Assembly (NCBI GenBank): GCA_012032075.1
Contig: JAAURU010000001.1
Coordinates: forward strand, 1 to 37,579
DNA from: Flavobacterium sp.
Lineage (GTDB): Bacteria; Bacteroidota; Bacteroidia; Flavobacteriales; Flavobacteriaceae
Direction of reading: 5' to 3'
DNA length: 37,579 bases
A model generated the notes under the pieces. It was not told the DNA's origin, made no database searches, and saw only the letters and a list, made by a program, of their open reading frames with translations. Shown in pieces: positions 9,717-17,594 of this stretch. The first letter of the stretch is position 1. Each line of letters begins with the position of its first letter. The position numbers and the translations under genes are program-made.

Positions 9717-9864
9717 TACCAAATAGATTTTACATAGATTATTTGATTTACATAGCAATTTTATAGAAAACTTACATTTTATACATAGCATTATGTCTAT
9801 GCATACTTATATAGAGATAAGCGACTTTTTACAAGTTATTTTCTATTTTCTTTCTATGTGGTTT
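9717..9864. repeat. degenerate ACATAG/CTATGT-type interspersed repeat
   Basis: ACATAG at 9732, 9750, 9783; CTATG at 9797 and CTATGTGGT at 9854, facing ACCAAATAG at 9718. Confidence 0.5.
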
Positions 9865-9896
9865 ACATATAATAATTAGACTAAACCCTTTTACTT

Positions 9897-10888
9897 TTAA
9901 ACCAAATTATTAGCAATCAAATATTCTGCGATTTGAATGGTGTTTGTTGCTGCACCTTTTCTTAAATTATCTGCTACTATCCACATATTTAATGAATTTG
10001 GCTGACTTTCATCTCTACGAATTCTTCCTACAAATACATCATCTTTTCCTTCTGCATATAAAGGCATTGGGTAAGTAAAAGTATCTAAATTGTCTTGAAC
10101 AGTCACCCCATCTGTAGCATGTAAAATTTGACGAATGTCTTTTACATCAAAATCATTTTCAAACTGAACATTTACAGCTTCACTATGACCACCTACAACT
10201 GGAATACGAATGGCAGTTGCTGTTACTGCGATAGTTCTATCTATTTAATATTTTTTGCGTTTCACGCACTAATTTCATTTCTTCTTTAGTGTATCCGTTT
10301 TCTTCAAAAACATCGCATTGAGGAATAGCATTACGGTGAATTTGATATTTGTAAGCCATATCACCTTTTTCACCAGCATATTCATTTTCTAATTGTTGTA
10401 CTGCTTTTACACCAGTTCCTGTGATAGATTGATAGGTTGAAACTACAACGCGTTTAATTTTATATTTGGCATGTAATGGAGCTAAAGCCATCACCATTTG
10501 TATCGTTGAACAATTAGGATTAGCAATAATTTTATCTTCTTTAGTTAACACTGAAGCATTAATTTCAGGAACTACGAGCTTTTTTTGTACTATCCATTCT
10601 CCATGCAGAGGAATTATCAATTACTGTTGTTCCTGCTGCTGCAAATTTTGGAGCCCAGTCTAAAGAAGTTTGTCCTCCTGCTGAAAAAACTGCAATTTCA
10701 GGTTTCATATCTACAGCAGTTTGTAAGCCAACTACTTTATATGTTTTACCATTCCATTCTATTTCTTTACCAACAGATTTTTCTGAGGCAACAAGAATTA
10801 ATTCTGTTACTGGAAAATTTCTTTCTTTTAATACTTTTAGCATTATTTCGCCTACCATTCCGGTAGCACCTACTACAGCTACTTTCAT
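9897..10888 (-). CDS. asd: aspartate-semialdehyde dehydrogenase (two frameshifts, ~10580-10586 and ~10242)
   Basis: VAVVGATGMVG, DNSSAWRM, IIANPNCSTIQ, YQSITGTG, DNLRKGAATN spread over ORFs 10565-10888, 10237-10620 and 9897-10106. Confidence 0.95.
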
Positions 10889-10989
10889 TATTTTATTTTT
10901 TTTTAGTGGAGCAAAAATAGATAATAAAATTGGTTAACAATACAATTCTAAAAAAATATCACAAAAGTTTATATTTGTAACATATATTT

Positions 10990-11018
10990 AAAAAAATACC
11001 CTGAAGCAAGTTCAGGGT
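10990..11018 (-). terminator. intrinsic terminator of mscL
   Basis: ACCCTGAA-gcaag-TTCAGGGT stem with A-run 10990-10996 (U-tract on minus strand). Confidence 0.8.
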
Positions 11019-11048
11019 TTAATTAGAATATATAATGTAGCGGATTAT

Positions 11049-11456
11049 CTATTTTTTTAATAAATCTCTTATTTGAGTTAATAACTCTTCTTGAGTTGGC
11101 CCTGCTGGAGCTACTTCTTCTTTTTTCTTAGCTTTTTCAGCTGCTCTTAAAACTACAAAAATAAAGAAAGCAATAATGATAAAATTAATAACAGCTTGAA
11201 TAAAATTACCATATGTGATTACAGCTGCTCCAGCAGCTTTTGCTACATCAAGAGTTTCATAACTTTCTCCATTTAAAGAGATAAACTTTGTAGTAAAATC
11301 TACTCCTCCTGTGATTAAACCTACAATTGGCATAATTAAATCATCTACTGCTGAACTTACAATTTTGCCAAATGCACCACCTATTACAACTGCTGTAGCT
11401 AAACTTAGAACATCTCCTTTCATTAAAGAAGCTTTAAAATCTGCAAAAAATCCCAT
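11049..11456 (-). CDS. mscL: large-conductance mechanosensitive channel
   Basis: [48 protein letters not shown]. Confidence 0.97.
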   Translation of the reverse strand: MGFFADFKASLMKGDVLSLATAVVIGGAFGKIVSSAVDDLIMPIVGLITGGVDFTTKFISLNGESYETLDVAKAAGAAVITYGNFIQAVINFIIIAFFIFVVLRAAEKAKKKEEVAPAGPTQEELLTQIRDLLKK

Positions 11457-11519
11457 AATAATTAATTTTAGTTAGTTTGTTATATGAAGGCTAATTTAAT
11501 AAAAAAATAAATGCAATTT

Positions 11520-13961
11520 TTAGTTTTTATAAAAAACACGCTTCACGCGTTGTGAAATTCCAGTAAGAATTTCATAAGGAATTGTACCCGTTGCATTTGC
11601 AATTTCTACAACTGTGGGACTTTCTCCAAATATAATGACTTCATCTCCTGGATTGCAATTTATTGTAGTAACATTTACCATAATCATATCCATACAAATA
11701 TTTCCTAGAATAGGGGCTTTTTGATTATTTATAGTAATATATCCTTTTTCATTTCCCCATGCTCTTCGAATACCATCAGCATAACCTATAGGAATTGTAG
11801 CAACTCTTATTTTTTCTTGCACCATATATTTTCGGCTATAGCCAATGCTTTCTCCTTTAGCAACTTCTCGTATTTGTGAAATAATACTTTTTAAAGTACT
11901 TACATTTTGTAGATTTTTAGTTTCCAATGCTGAATTTCCAACACCATATAACCCAATTCCCAAACGTACCATTTCAAATTGCTTTTCAGCATAATTAAAA
12001 ATACCTGAAGTATTTAAAATATGTCGGTCGGGTTTATGATTTAATTGTGGAATAATTTTATCATACATTACATCAAAACGATTAAACTGTAGTTGAGTAA
12101 AATCAGAAAAGGCTATATCGTCTGAAGTGGCTAAATGTGAAAAAATACTCTTAACATGAATAAAATTATTATTTTTTAGCAAATTATTCAATTCATTAAT
12201 TTGGAAATCTTCAAATCCTAATCGGTGCATTCCAGTATCAAGTTTTATATGGATAGGATAAGAAGTGATGTTTTTTTGTTTGGCTACTTCTAAAAAAGCT
12301 TTTAAACCAGTCAAAGAATAAATTTCAGGTTCTAAATCATAAGCAATCATGGCATGAAAACTACTATTCTCTGGATTTAAAACCATTATAGGTAATGTAA
12401 TTCCAGCACGTCTTAAATTAATGCCTTCATCTGCAAAAGCAACACCTAGATAATCTACTTTATTATGTTCAAGTAATTTAGCAATTTCAAAACCACCATT
12501 TCCATAACCAAAAGCTTTCACCATAACCATAATTTTAGTTTTTGGTTTTACTTTCGACTTATAAAAATTTAGATTATGTGTAATAGCATCGAGATTAATT
12601 TCAAGAACAGTTTCATGATTCTTTTCTTCTAAAACCACTAAAATTTCATCAAAATTAAAACTTCTTGCACCTTTAATTAATATGGTTTCGTTTTGAAACG
12701 ATTGTAAATTAAATTGTTTTAGAAAATCATTTGTAGAAGCAAAAGCAATAACATTTGGTAGTTCCGATAAATAATTGGATATGGTTTCCCCAATGACTAT
12801 AATTCTATCAATATTATTATTTTGAATGGCTTTGGTTACTTTTTGATACAAAATGTCTAAAGGTAAACCACTTTGAAAAATATCCGATAAAATAATCGTT
12901 TTCTTTTGATGTAATTTTTGTTGCTCTAAGAAATCAAGTGCAATTTTTAGCGATTGGTAATCAGATGAAAAGGAATCATCAATTAAAATACAATTATTAA
13001 TTCCCTTTTTGGCTTGCAAACGAATTTCTACTGGATATAAATTTTTAATGCGTTCTTGAATGTGTTTTGGGTTAACCTTCAAATATAAAAGCACACAAAT
13101 GCAGGTTAAAGCATTGGTAATCGAAAAAGCATCTTGCTGTTGAATTTCAACTTCAAAAGTGTCCTTATTATAAGTAATTGTTACAACAGAAATTCCGTTT
13201 TTTAATTCTTTTTTTGTAGCAAAAACAGTAGCTTCTTTGTCTTTAAAACTCCAAGTAAATGTTGGAGTTGTGATATGCTTTTCAACTAATTCGTTTTTTT
13301 GTAAAACAACAATATCGCATTTTTTATACAATTGCGTTTTTTCAATAATTTTAGCTTCTTGCGACTCAAAACCTTCATCATGAGCTGTTCCTAAATGTGT
13401 AAAAACACCAATAGTTGGTTGGATAATCGAAGCCAAATTTTCCATTTCACCTTGTATAGAAATCCCAGCTTCAAAAATACCAAGGTTGTGATTTTCATTG
13501 ATGCCAAAAATAGACAATGGAACGCCTACTTGCGAATTGTAACTTTTCGGACTTCTTACAATGGTATAATCTGGACTTAAAAGAAAATTTAGCCATTCTT
13601 TTACAATGGTTTTTCCGTTGCTTCCAGTAATTCCTATAATGGGAAAATCAAATAAACTTCTGTAATGTTTAGCAGTTTCTTGTAGTGCTTTTGTAGTATT
13701 GGTAACCACTAAAAAATTAGCTTTTTCGGTTATGTTTTCTGGAATATATTCTACTATAAAATGCGTAACACCTTTACTAATTAGTTGGTTTATGTAATCA
13801 TGAGCATCGTGATTTTGTCCTTTAAGCGCAAAAAATAAAGTGCCCGAATTATTTTGCATAGAACGACTGTCAATTGAGATGTTTTCAATACTAAAATCAT
13901 CAAAATAACCAATAGTTACAGCGTTTATTTTTGGAATAATATTTTGTATAGAAAAAGTCAC
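11520..13961 (-). CDS. alr: bifunctional MurF-like ligase / alanine racemase
   Basis: N-half DSR, GITGSNGKT, SYNSQVGVP; C-half VMVKAFGYGNG, KLDTGMHRLG, IGYADG, GNICMD, TIPYEIL. Confidence 0.95.
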   Translation of the reverse strand: MTFSIQNIIPKINAVTIGYFDDFSIENISIDSRSMQNNSGTLFFALKGQNHDAHDYINQLISKGVTHFIVEYIPENITEKANFLVVTNTTKALQETAKHYRSLFDFPIIGITGSNGKTIVKEWLNFLLSPDYTIVRSPKSYNSQVGVPLSIFGINENHNLGIFEAGISIQGEMENLASIIQPTIGVFTHLGTAHDEGFESQEAKIIEKTQLYKKCDIVVLQKNELVEKHITTPTFTWSFKDKEATVFATKKELKNGISVVTITYNKDTFEVEIQQQDAFSITNALTCICVLLYLKVNPKHIQERIKNLYPVEIRLQAKKGINNCILIDDSFSSDYQSLKIALDFLEQQKLHQKKTIILSDIFQSGLPLDILYQKVTKAIQNNNIDRIIVIGETISNYLSELPNVIAFASTNDFLKQFNLQSFQNETILIKGARSFNFDEILVVLEEKNHETVLEINLDAITHNLNFYKSKVKPKTKIMVMVKAFGYGNGGFEIAKLLEHNKVDYLGVAFADEGINLRRAGITLPIMVLNPENSSFHAMIAYDLEPEIYSLTGLKAFLEVAKQKNITSYPIHIKLDTGMHRLGFEDFQINELNNLLKNNNFIHVKSIFSHLATSDDIAFSDFTQLQFNRFDVMYDKIIPQLNHKPDRHILNTSGIFNYAEKQFEMVRLGIGLYGVGNSALETKNLQNVSTLKSIISQIREVAKGESIGYSRKYMVQEKIRVATIPIGYADGIRRAWGNEKGYITINNQKAPILGNICMDMIMVNVTTINCNPGDEVIIFGESPTVVEIANATGTIPYEILTGISQRVKRVFYKN

Positions 13962-14558
13962 TTATTCTTTGGTGTCTTTGTGTTCTTTTATGGCTTTAAA
14001 ATAAGCAGCTCTACTTAAAGGTTCGTATTCTTCGGTTTCACCTAATAAGACTAGTTTTTCATTTTCCGATTTTCTAAAACTATAATTGGCTAAGTTACCT
14101 GTTCGTGTACAAACCGCATGAACTTTGGTTACATATTCGGCAGTTGCCATTAAATTAGGCATTGGTCCAAAAGGATTTCCTTTAAAATCCATATCTAAAC
14201 CAGCTACAATTACACGAATGCCAGAATTTGCCAAATCATTACAAACAGAGACAATTTCGTCATCAAAAAATTGGGCTTCATCAATCCCTACAACATCACA
14301 ACCTTGCGCTAAAATGCGAATATTTCCTGCCACAGGAACAGGAGTAGAGCGAATTTCATTAGCGTCGTGAGATACTACCATTTCATCGTGATAACGTGTA
14401 TCTACAGCCGGTTTAAAAATTTCTACTTTTTGTTTGGCAAATTTAGCACGCTTTAAACGTCTTATTAATTCTTCGGTTTTTCCTGAAAACATCGACCCGC
14501 AGATAACTTCTATCCAGCCAAATTGTTCAGATTGATTTACGGTATTTTCTAGAAACAT
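13962..14558 (-). CDS. tdk: thymidine kinase
   Basis: [12 protein letters not shown]-loop, IDEAQFF, AGLDMDF. Confidence 0.97.
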   Translation of the reverse strand: MFLENTVNQSEQFGWIEVICGSMFSGKTEELIRRLKRAKFAKQKVEIFKPAVDTRYHDEMVVSHDANEIRSTPVPVAGNIRILAQGCDVVGIDEAQFFDDEIVSVCNDLANSGIRVIVAGLDMDFKGNPFGPMPNLMATAEYVTKVHAVCTRTGNLANYSFRKSENEKLVLLGETEEYEPLSRAAYFKAIKEHKDTKE

Positions 14559-14659
14559 TTTGTTTTTTTGAGTCGATTAATGGTATTTTCTACTAATTTT
14601 GTATTGGAAACAAATTTATTAAAAAACCACTCTATATTCAATTTCTATTCTATAAAGTT

Positions 14660-15510
14660 ATGAAGAAAAAGTTAGAAGCCGAATTAATAAGCATTGCACA
14701 CCGAGTTTTGAAGTTAAAAAACCGTTCTGAAACCAAGCAGTTACAGGAAGAAGCTAAAAAATTATACGAGCAATTAACCATACTACGTTTTACGAAGAGC
14801 ATTTTGAAGTAGTAAAAGAAGAAATTTCACAAGAAGCATTAGCATCTAAACTAGATCAAACTTTTGTTGCTAATGAAAATCAGTCAAAAGAAACTTTACA
14901 TGAAATTATAGAAGAGCCTTTTTTTAATGAGCCTAAACTTGCAAATGAGGAGGTAAGAAATGCAATAGAAGAAGAAATAGTTCAACCAGCGCTTTTTGAT
15001 GCAATTGATGTCGAAAATTATAAACAAGTTGATTTTGTGAAAGTAGAAGACATTCCAGTTGAGGTAGAAAAAGTGGCTAACATCTCTTTTGAAAAAGTGC
15101 CAGAAAAAATGGAGGAACCAAAAGAAGAAGTTCAGCCTACTGCGGTGAAAGAAGAAGTAGTAGCGCAAATTCAACCTAAAACTATTGAGCCAGAAGTTGT
15201 TTTTGAAGCAAAAAAAGAAGAAACAAAAAAAGATAATGGAGAAGAAGAACCTCGCATCATGTCTTTAAATGATAGACTAACAAAAGGAATTGCTTTTGGC
15301 TTAAACGATAGAATTGCCTTTGAAAAAAGATTATTTGGAGGAAATCCCGATGATTTTAACAGAGTAGTATCGCAATTAAATACTTTCGATTCTTTTGAAG
15401 AAGCCAAAGGATTCATCAACGATTTTGTTAAACCAGATTATAACAATTGGGAAGGAAAAGAAGAATTTGAATCCCGATTCCTAGAGATTATCGAACGTAA
15501 ATATAACTAA
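14660..15510 (+). CDS. conserved Flavobacteriaceae hypothetical protein, acidic low-complexity middle (one frameshift ~14788-14791)
   Basis: MKKKLEAELISIAHRVLKLKN from 14660; a missing T joins it to the open frame containing ORF 15037-15510 (GLNDRIAFEKRLF...KPDYNNWEGKEE). Confidence 0.75.
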
Positions 15511-15870
15511 ATGCATAAATACTTAAAAATAGCTTATTGGATTTTTACAACCTTATTTTCCTTATTAATGTTGTATTCTGCCACCATGTATTTTACACAA
15601 TATGAAATGGTAAAAGGATTTTTTGAACATTTAGGTTATCCAGTATATTTAATTTATCCTTTAGCAGTACTAAAAATAATAGGAGTACTTGTTATTCTTA
15701 CAAATTTTAGCAAAACATTAAAAGAATGGGCTTATTCAGCTTTCTTTTTTGAAATCATTTTGGCATTTTTTGCACATTATATGGTAAAAGATGGAGAACA
15801 AGGTGGAGCAGTTATAGCCATGATTTTATTATTGAGTTCTTATTTTTTAAGTAAAAAAGTCAGATTTTAA
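15511..15870 (+). CDS. DoxX family membrane protein
   Basis: Four hydrophobic segments; HLGYP and LKEWAYSAFFF motifs. Confidence 0.85.
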   Translation: MHKYLKIAYWIFTTLFSLLMLYSATMYFTQYEMVKGFFEHLGYPVYLIYPLAVLKIIGVLVILTNFSKTLKEWAYSAFFFEIILAFFAHYMVKDGEQGGAVIAMILLLSSYFLSKKVRF

Positions 15871-15873
15871 GTT

Positions 15874-15958
15874 GGGTGTTACCCATAAAGGGTCGTGCTT
15901 TCACTACTCGCATCCCGAAAAACGGGAGTGCTCAAACAAACCGTTCAATCACTAACAC
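15874..15958 (+). ncRNA. structured RNA / repeat resembling the Flavo-1 RNA motif
   Basis: Closing helix GTGTTA(15876-81)/TAACAC(15953-58), hairpin ACCC-ataaa-GGGT, hairpin GCATCCCG-aaaaa-CGGGAGTGC; GC-rich versus flanks. Family name is from recalled resemblance, not a search. Confidence 0.55.
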
Positions 15959-16636
15959 ATGGGAAAACTATATTTAGTTCCAACACCAATAGGCAATTTA
16001 GACGACATGACTTTTAGAGCCATAAAAGTGCTTCAAGAAGTCGATTTAATATTGGCAGAAGACACTCGAAATAGTGGCAAACTACTCAAGCATTTCGAAA
16101 TTTCTACGCAAATGCACAGTCACCACATGCATAATGAGCATAAAACGGTGGATAATTTAGTCAAACGCATGCAAGCAGGAGAAACCATAGCCTTAATAAG
16201 CGATGCAGGCACACCAGCCATTTCCGATCCTGGTTTTTTGTTAACGAGAGCTTGTGTAGAAAGTGGAGTAGCAGTAGAATGTTTACCAGGAGCCACTGCT
16301 TTTGTTCCTGCTTTAGTAAATAGTGGTTTGCCCAATGATAAATTTGTCTTTGAAGGCTTTTTACCTGATAAAAAAGGAAGACAAACCCGTTTTCTAGCCT
16401 TAGAAGAAGAATCAAGAACCATGATTTTCTATGTTTCACCTCACAAACTAAACAAAACCTTAGCAGAATTTACACAATATTTTGGAATAGACAGACGTGT
16501 TTCTGTTTCAAGAGAATTATCAAAACTACACGAAGAAACCATTCGCGGAACAGCTGAAGAAGTACTAAAACACTTTGAAACTAAATCCGCAAAAGGAGAA
16601 ATCGTGGTTTGTGTCGCTGGGAAGAGTGGGAAGTAG
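15959..16636 (+). CDS. rsmI: 16S rRNA C1402 2'-O-methyltransferase
   Basis: LYLVPTPIGNLDD, AEDTR, SDAGTPAISDPG, RELSKLHEE, KGEIV. Confidence 0.97.
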   Translation: MGKLYLVPTPIGNLDDMTFRAIKVLQEVDLILAEDTRNSGKLLKHFEISTQMHSHHMHNEHKTVDNLVKRMQAGETIALISDAGTPAISDPGFLLTRACVESGVAVECLPGATAFVPALVNSGLPNDKFVFEGFLPDKKGRQTRFLALEEESRTMIFYVSPHKLNKTLAEFTQYFGIDRRVSVSRELSKLHEETIRGTAEEVLKHFETKSAKGEIVVCVAGKSGK

Positions 16637-16657
16637 TTTGTATTGATTTTTTAAATT

Positions 16658-17356
16658 TCAACCCCAAAAATAGATTCTCAAAACACATTGCAACAGGATA
16701 AAACTTCTTGAAAAACAAATCGTTTTTCGTTGTAATCTTTTTAGATGAGCTCTCATAGAAAGATTGTTTCTTTCAATTTGATTGGTGTCAAAACGCTTTA
16801 CTTTATGAATTGATCTATCAAGTAACGATTTATAATGAGGTAAACCATCAGTATAAATACGTTTAGGCATAGACAGTAATAAGGAATTAGTAACATATTG
16901 AATCGTTCTTTTGGTTCTTCTACCTAGACTAAAACTAACTACACGTTTTGTTTTTCTTTCTAAAGCATACACAATCCATAAAGGTTTGTCTTTTCGTTTT
17001 AAAAAGCAACGCATTTCATCTACTTCATAACTTTTATTTTTATAGAAAATAGGATTAGAAATCTTTTTTGCAATTGTAATAATTCTTTTTAGTAGCGTTG
17101 TAGGTGAAATTTGTAAAACTCTCGCAGTACTTCTTATACCTAAACCTTCTTTTATAAATTGAATTATTTTAGCATTTGTATTTGGTTTATAGGCTTTATA
17201 ACAATAAAAATCAATACATCTTTTATGGCAACTTTTACAATAAAACTGTTGCTTTTTATTCTTGGTAAAGCCATTCTTTATTAAGTTTTTAGTTTTACAA
17301 TGAGGACAAATTAAACTATCACTAATTTTGATACACGAGGTCTTAGTTTTTATCAT
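16658..17356 (-). CDS. IS1-family transposase, InsA-InsB in one frame
   Basis: Zn-ribbon CPHC...CKSC, HTH EGLGIRSTARVLQISPTT, DDE residues in EVDEM, YTDG, IERNN, then LKRLQRKTICFSRS. Confidence 0.9.
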   Translation of the reverse strand: MIKTKTSCIKISDSLICPHCKTKNLIKNGFTKNKKQQFYCKSCHKRCIDFYCYKAYKPNTNAKIIQFIKEGLGIRSTARVLQISPTTLLKRIITIAKKISNPIFYKNKSYEVDEMRCFLKRKDKPLWIVYALERKTKRVVSFSLGRRTKRTIQYVTNSLLLSMPKRIYTDGLPHYKSLLDRSIHKVKRFDTNQIERNNLSMRAHLKRLQRKTICFSRSFILLQCVLRIYFWG

Positions 17357-17383
17357 TTTCTTTGATTTAAGACTTTATATAAC

Positions 17384-17413
17384 AAAAAAGGAACGCAATA
17401 TTGCATTCCTTTT
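17384..17413 (-). terminator. intrinsic terminator upstream of transposase start
   Basis: Minus strand AAAAGGAATGCAATATTGCGTTCCTTTTTT; the G-U pair and U-tract fit the minus strand. Confidence 0.75.
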
Positions 17414-17527
17414 CTATACATTTTTTAATTACAATGTAACTTTCAAGTGGTTAACTTCTCCAAAAACGAGTATAACTAACTTTGAAACATTACCGTTTAT
17501 AAAAACAAATTACTATATAATAAGTCT

Positions 17528-17574
17528 TAATAAATGAACCCCAAAATCAAAATAGATTTGGGGTTCATTTATTA
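17528..17574 (-). terminator. terminator hairpin after GH9 gene
   Basis: 18-bp perfect stem TAATAAATGAACCCCAAA/TTTGGGGTTCATTTATTA. Confidence 0.85.
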
Positions 17575-17594
17575 GTTTACTTAGAATTTAAGTA

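Larger units (their letters stand above)
16637..17494 (-). mobile_element. IS1-family element; one IS1-like end at 17494, other end not recognisable
   Basis: Minus strand from 17494 reads GGTAATGTTTCAAAGTTAGTTAT, like the IS1 terminus GGTAATGACTCCAACTTATTGAT; no matching repeat found after the transposase stop, so the left boundary is approximate. Confidence 0.55.

Noticed and set aside
9897-10888. asd (and atpC, radA) as pseudogenes or programmed frameshifts
   Set aside because: Window-wide indels, mostly at homopolymers, explain them; no decay or consistent slippery-site signals.
11520-13961. MurF-Alr fusion as a novelty
   Set aside because: Common, known arrangement in Bacteroidota.
16625-16657. 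Second IS1 terminal repeat near the rsmI stop (GGAAGTAGTTTG)
   Set aside because: Match to GGTAATGTTTCAAAG is too weak and no flanking direct repeat was found.
17328-17537. 69-aa ORF antisense to the IS1 leader
   Set aside because: No motif, overlaps the transposase start and two hairpins; likely spurious.
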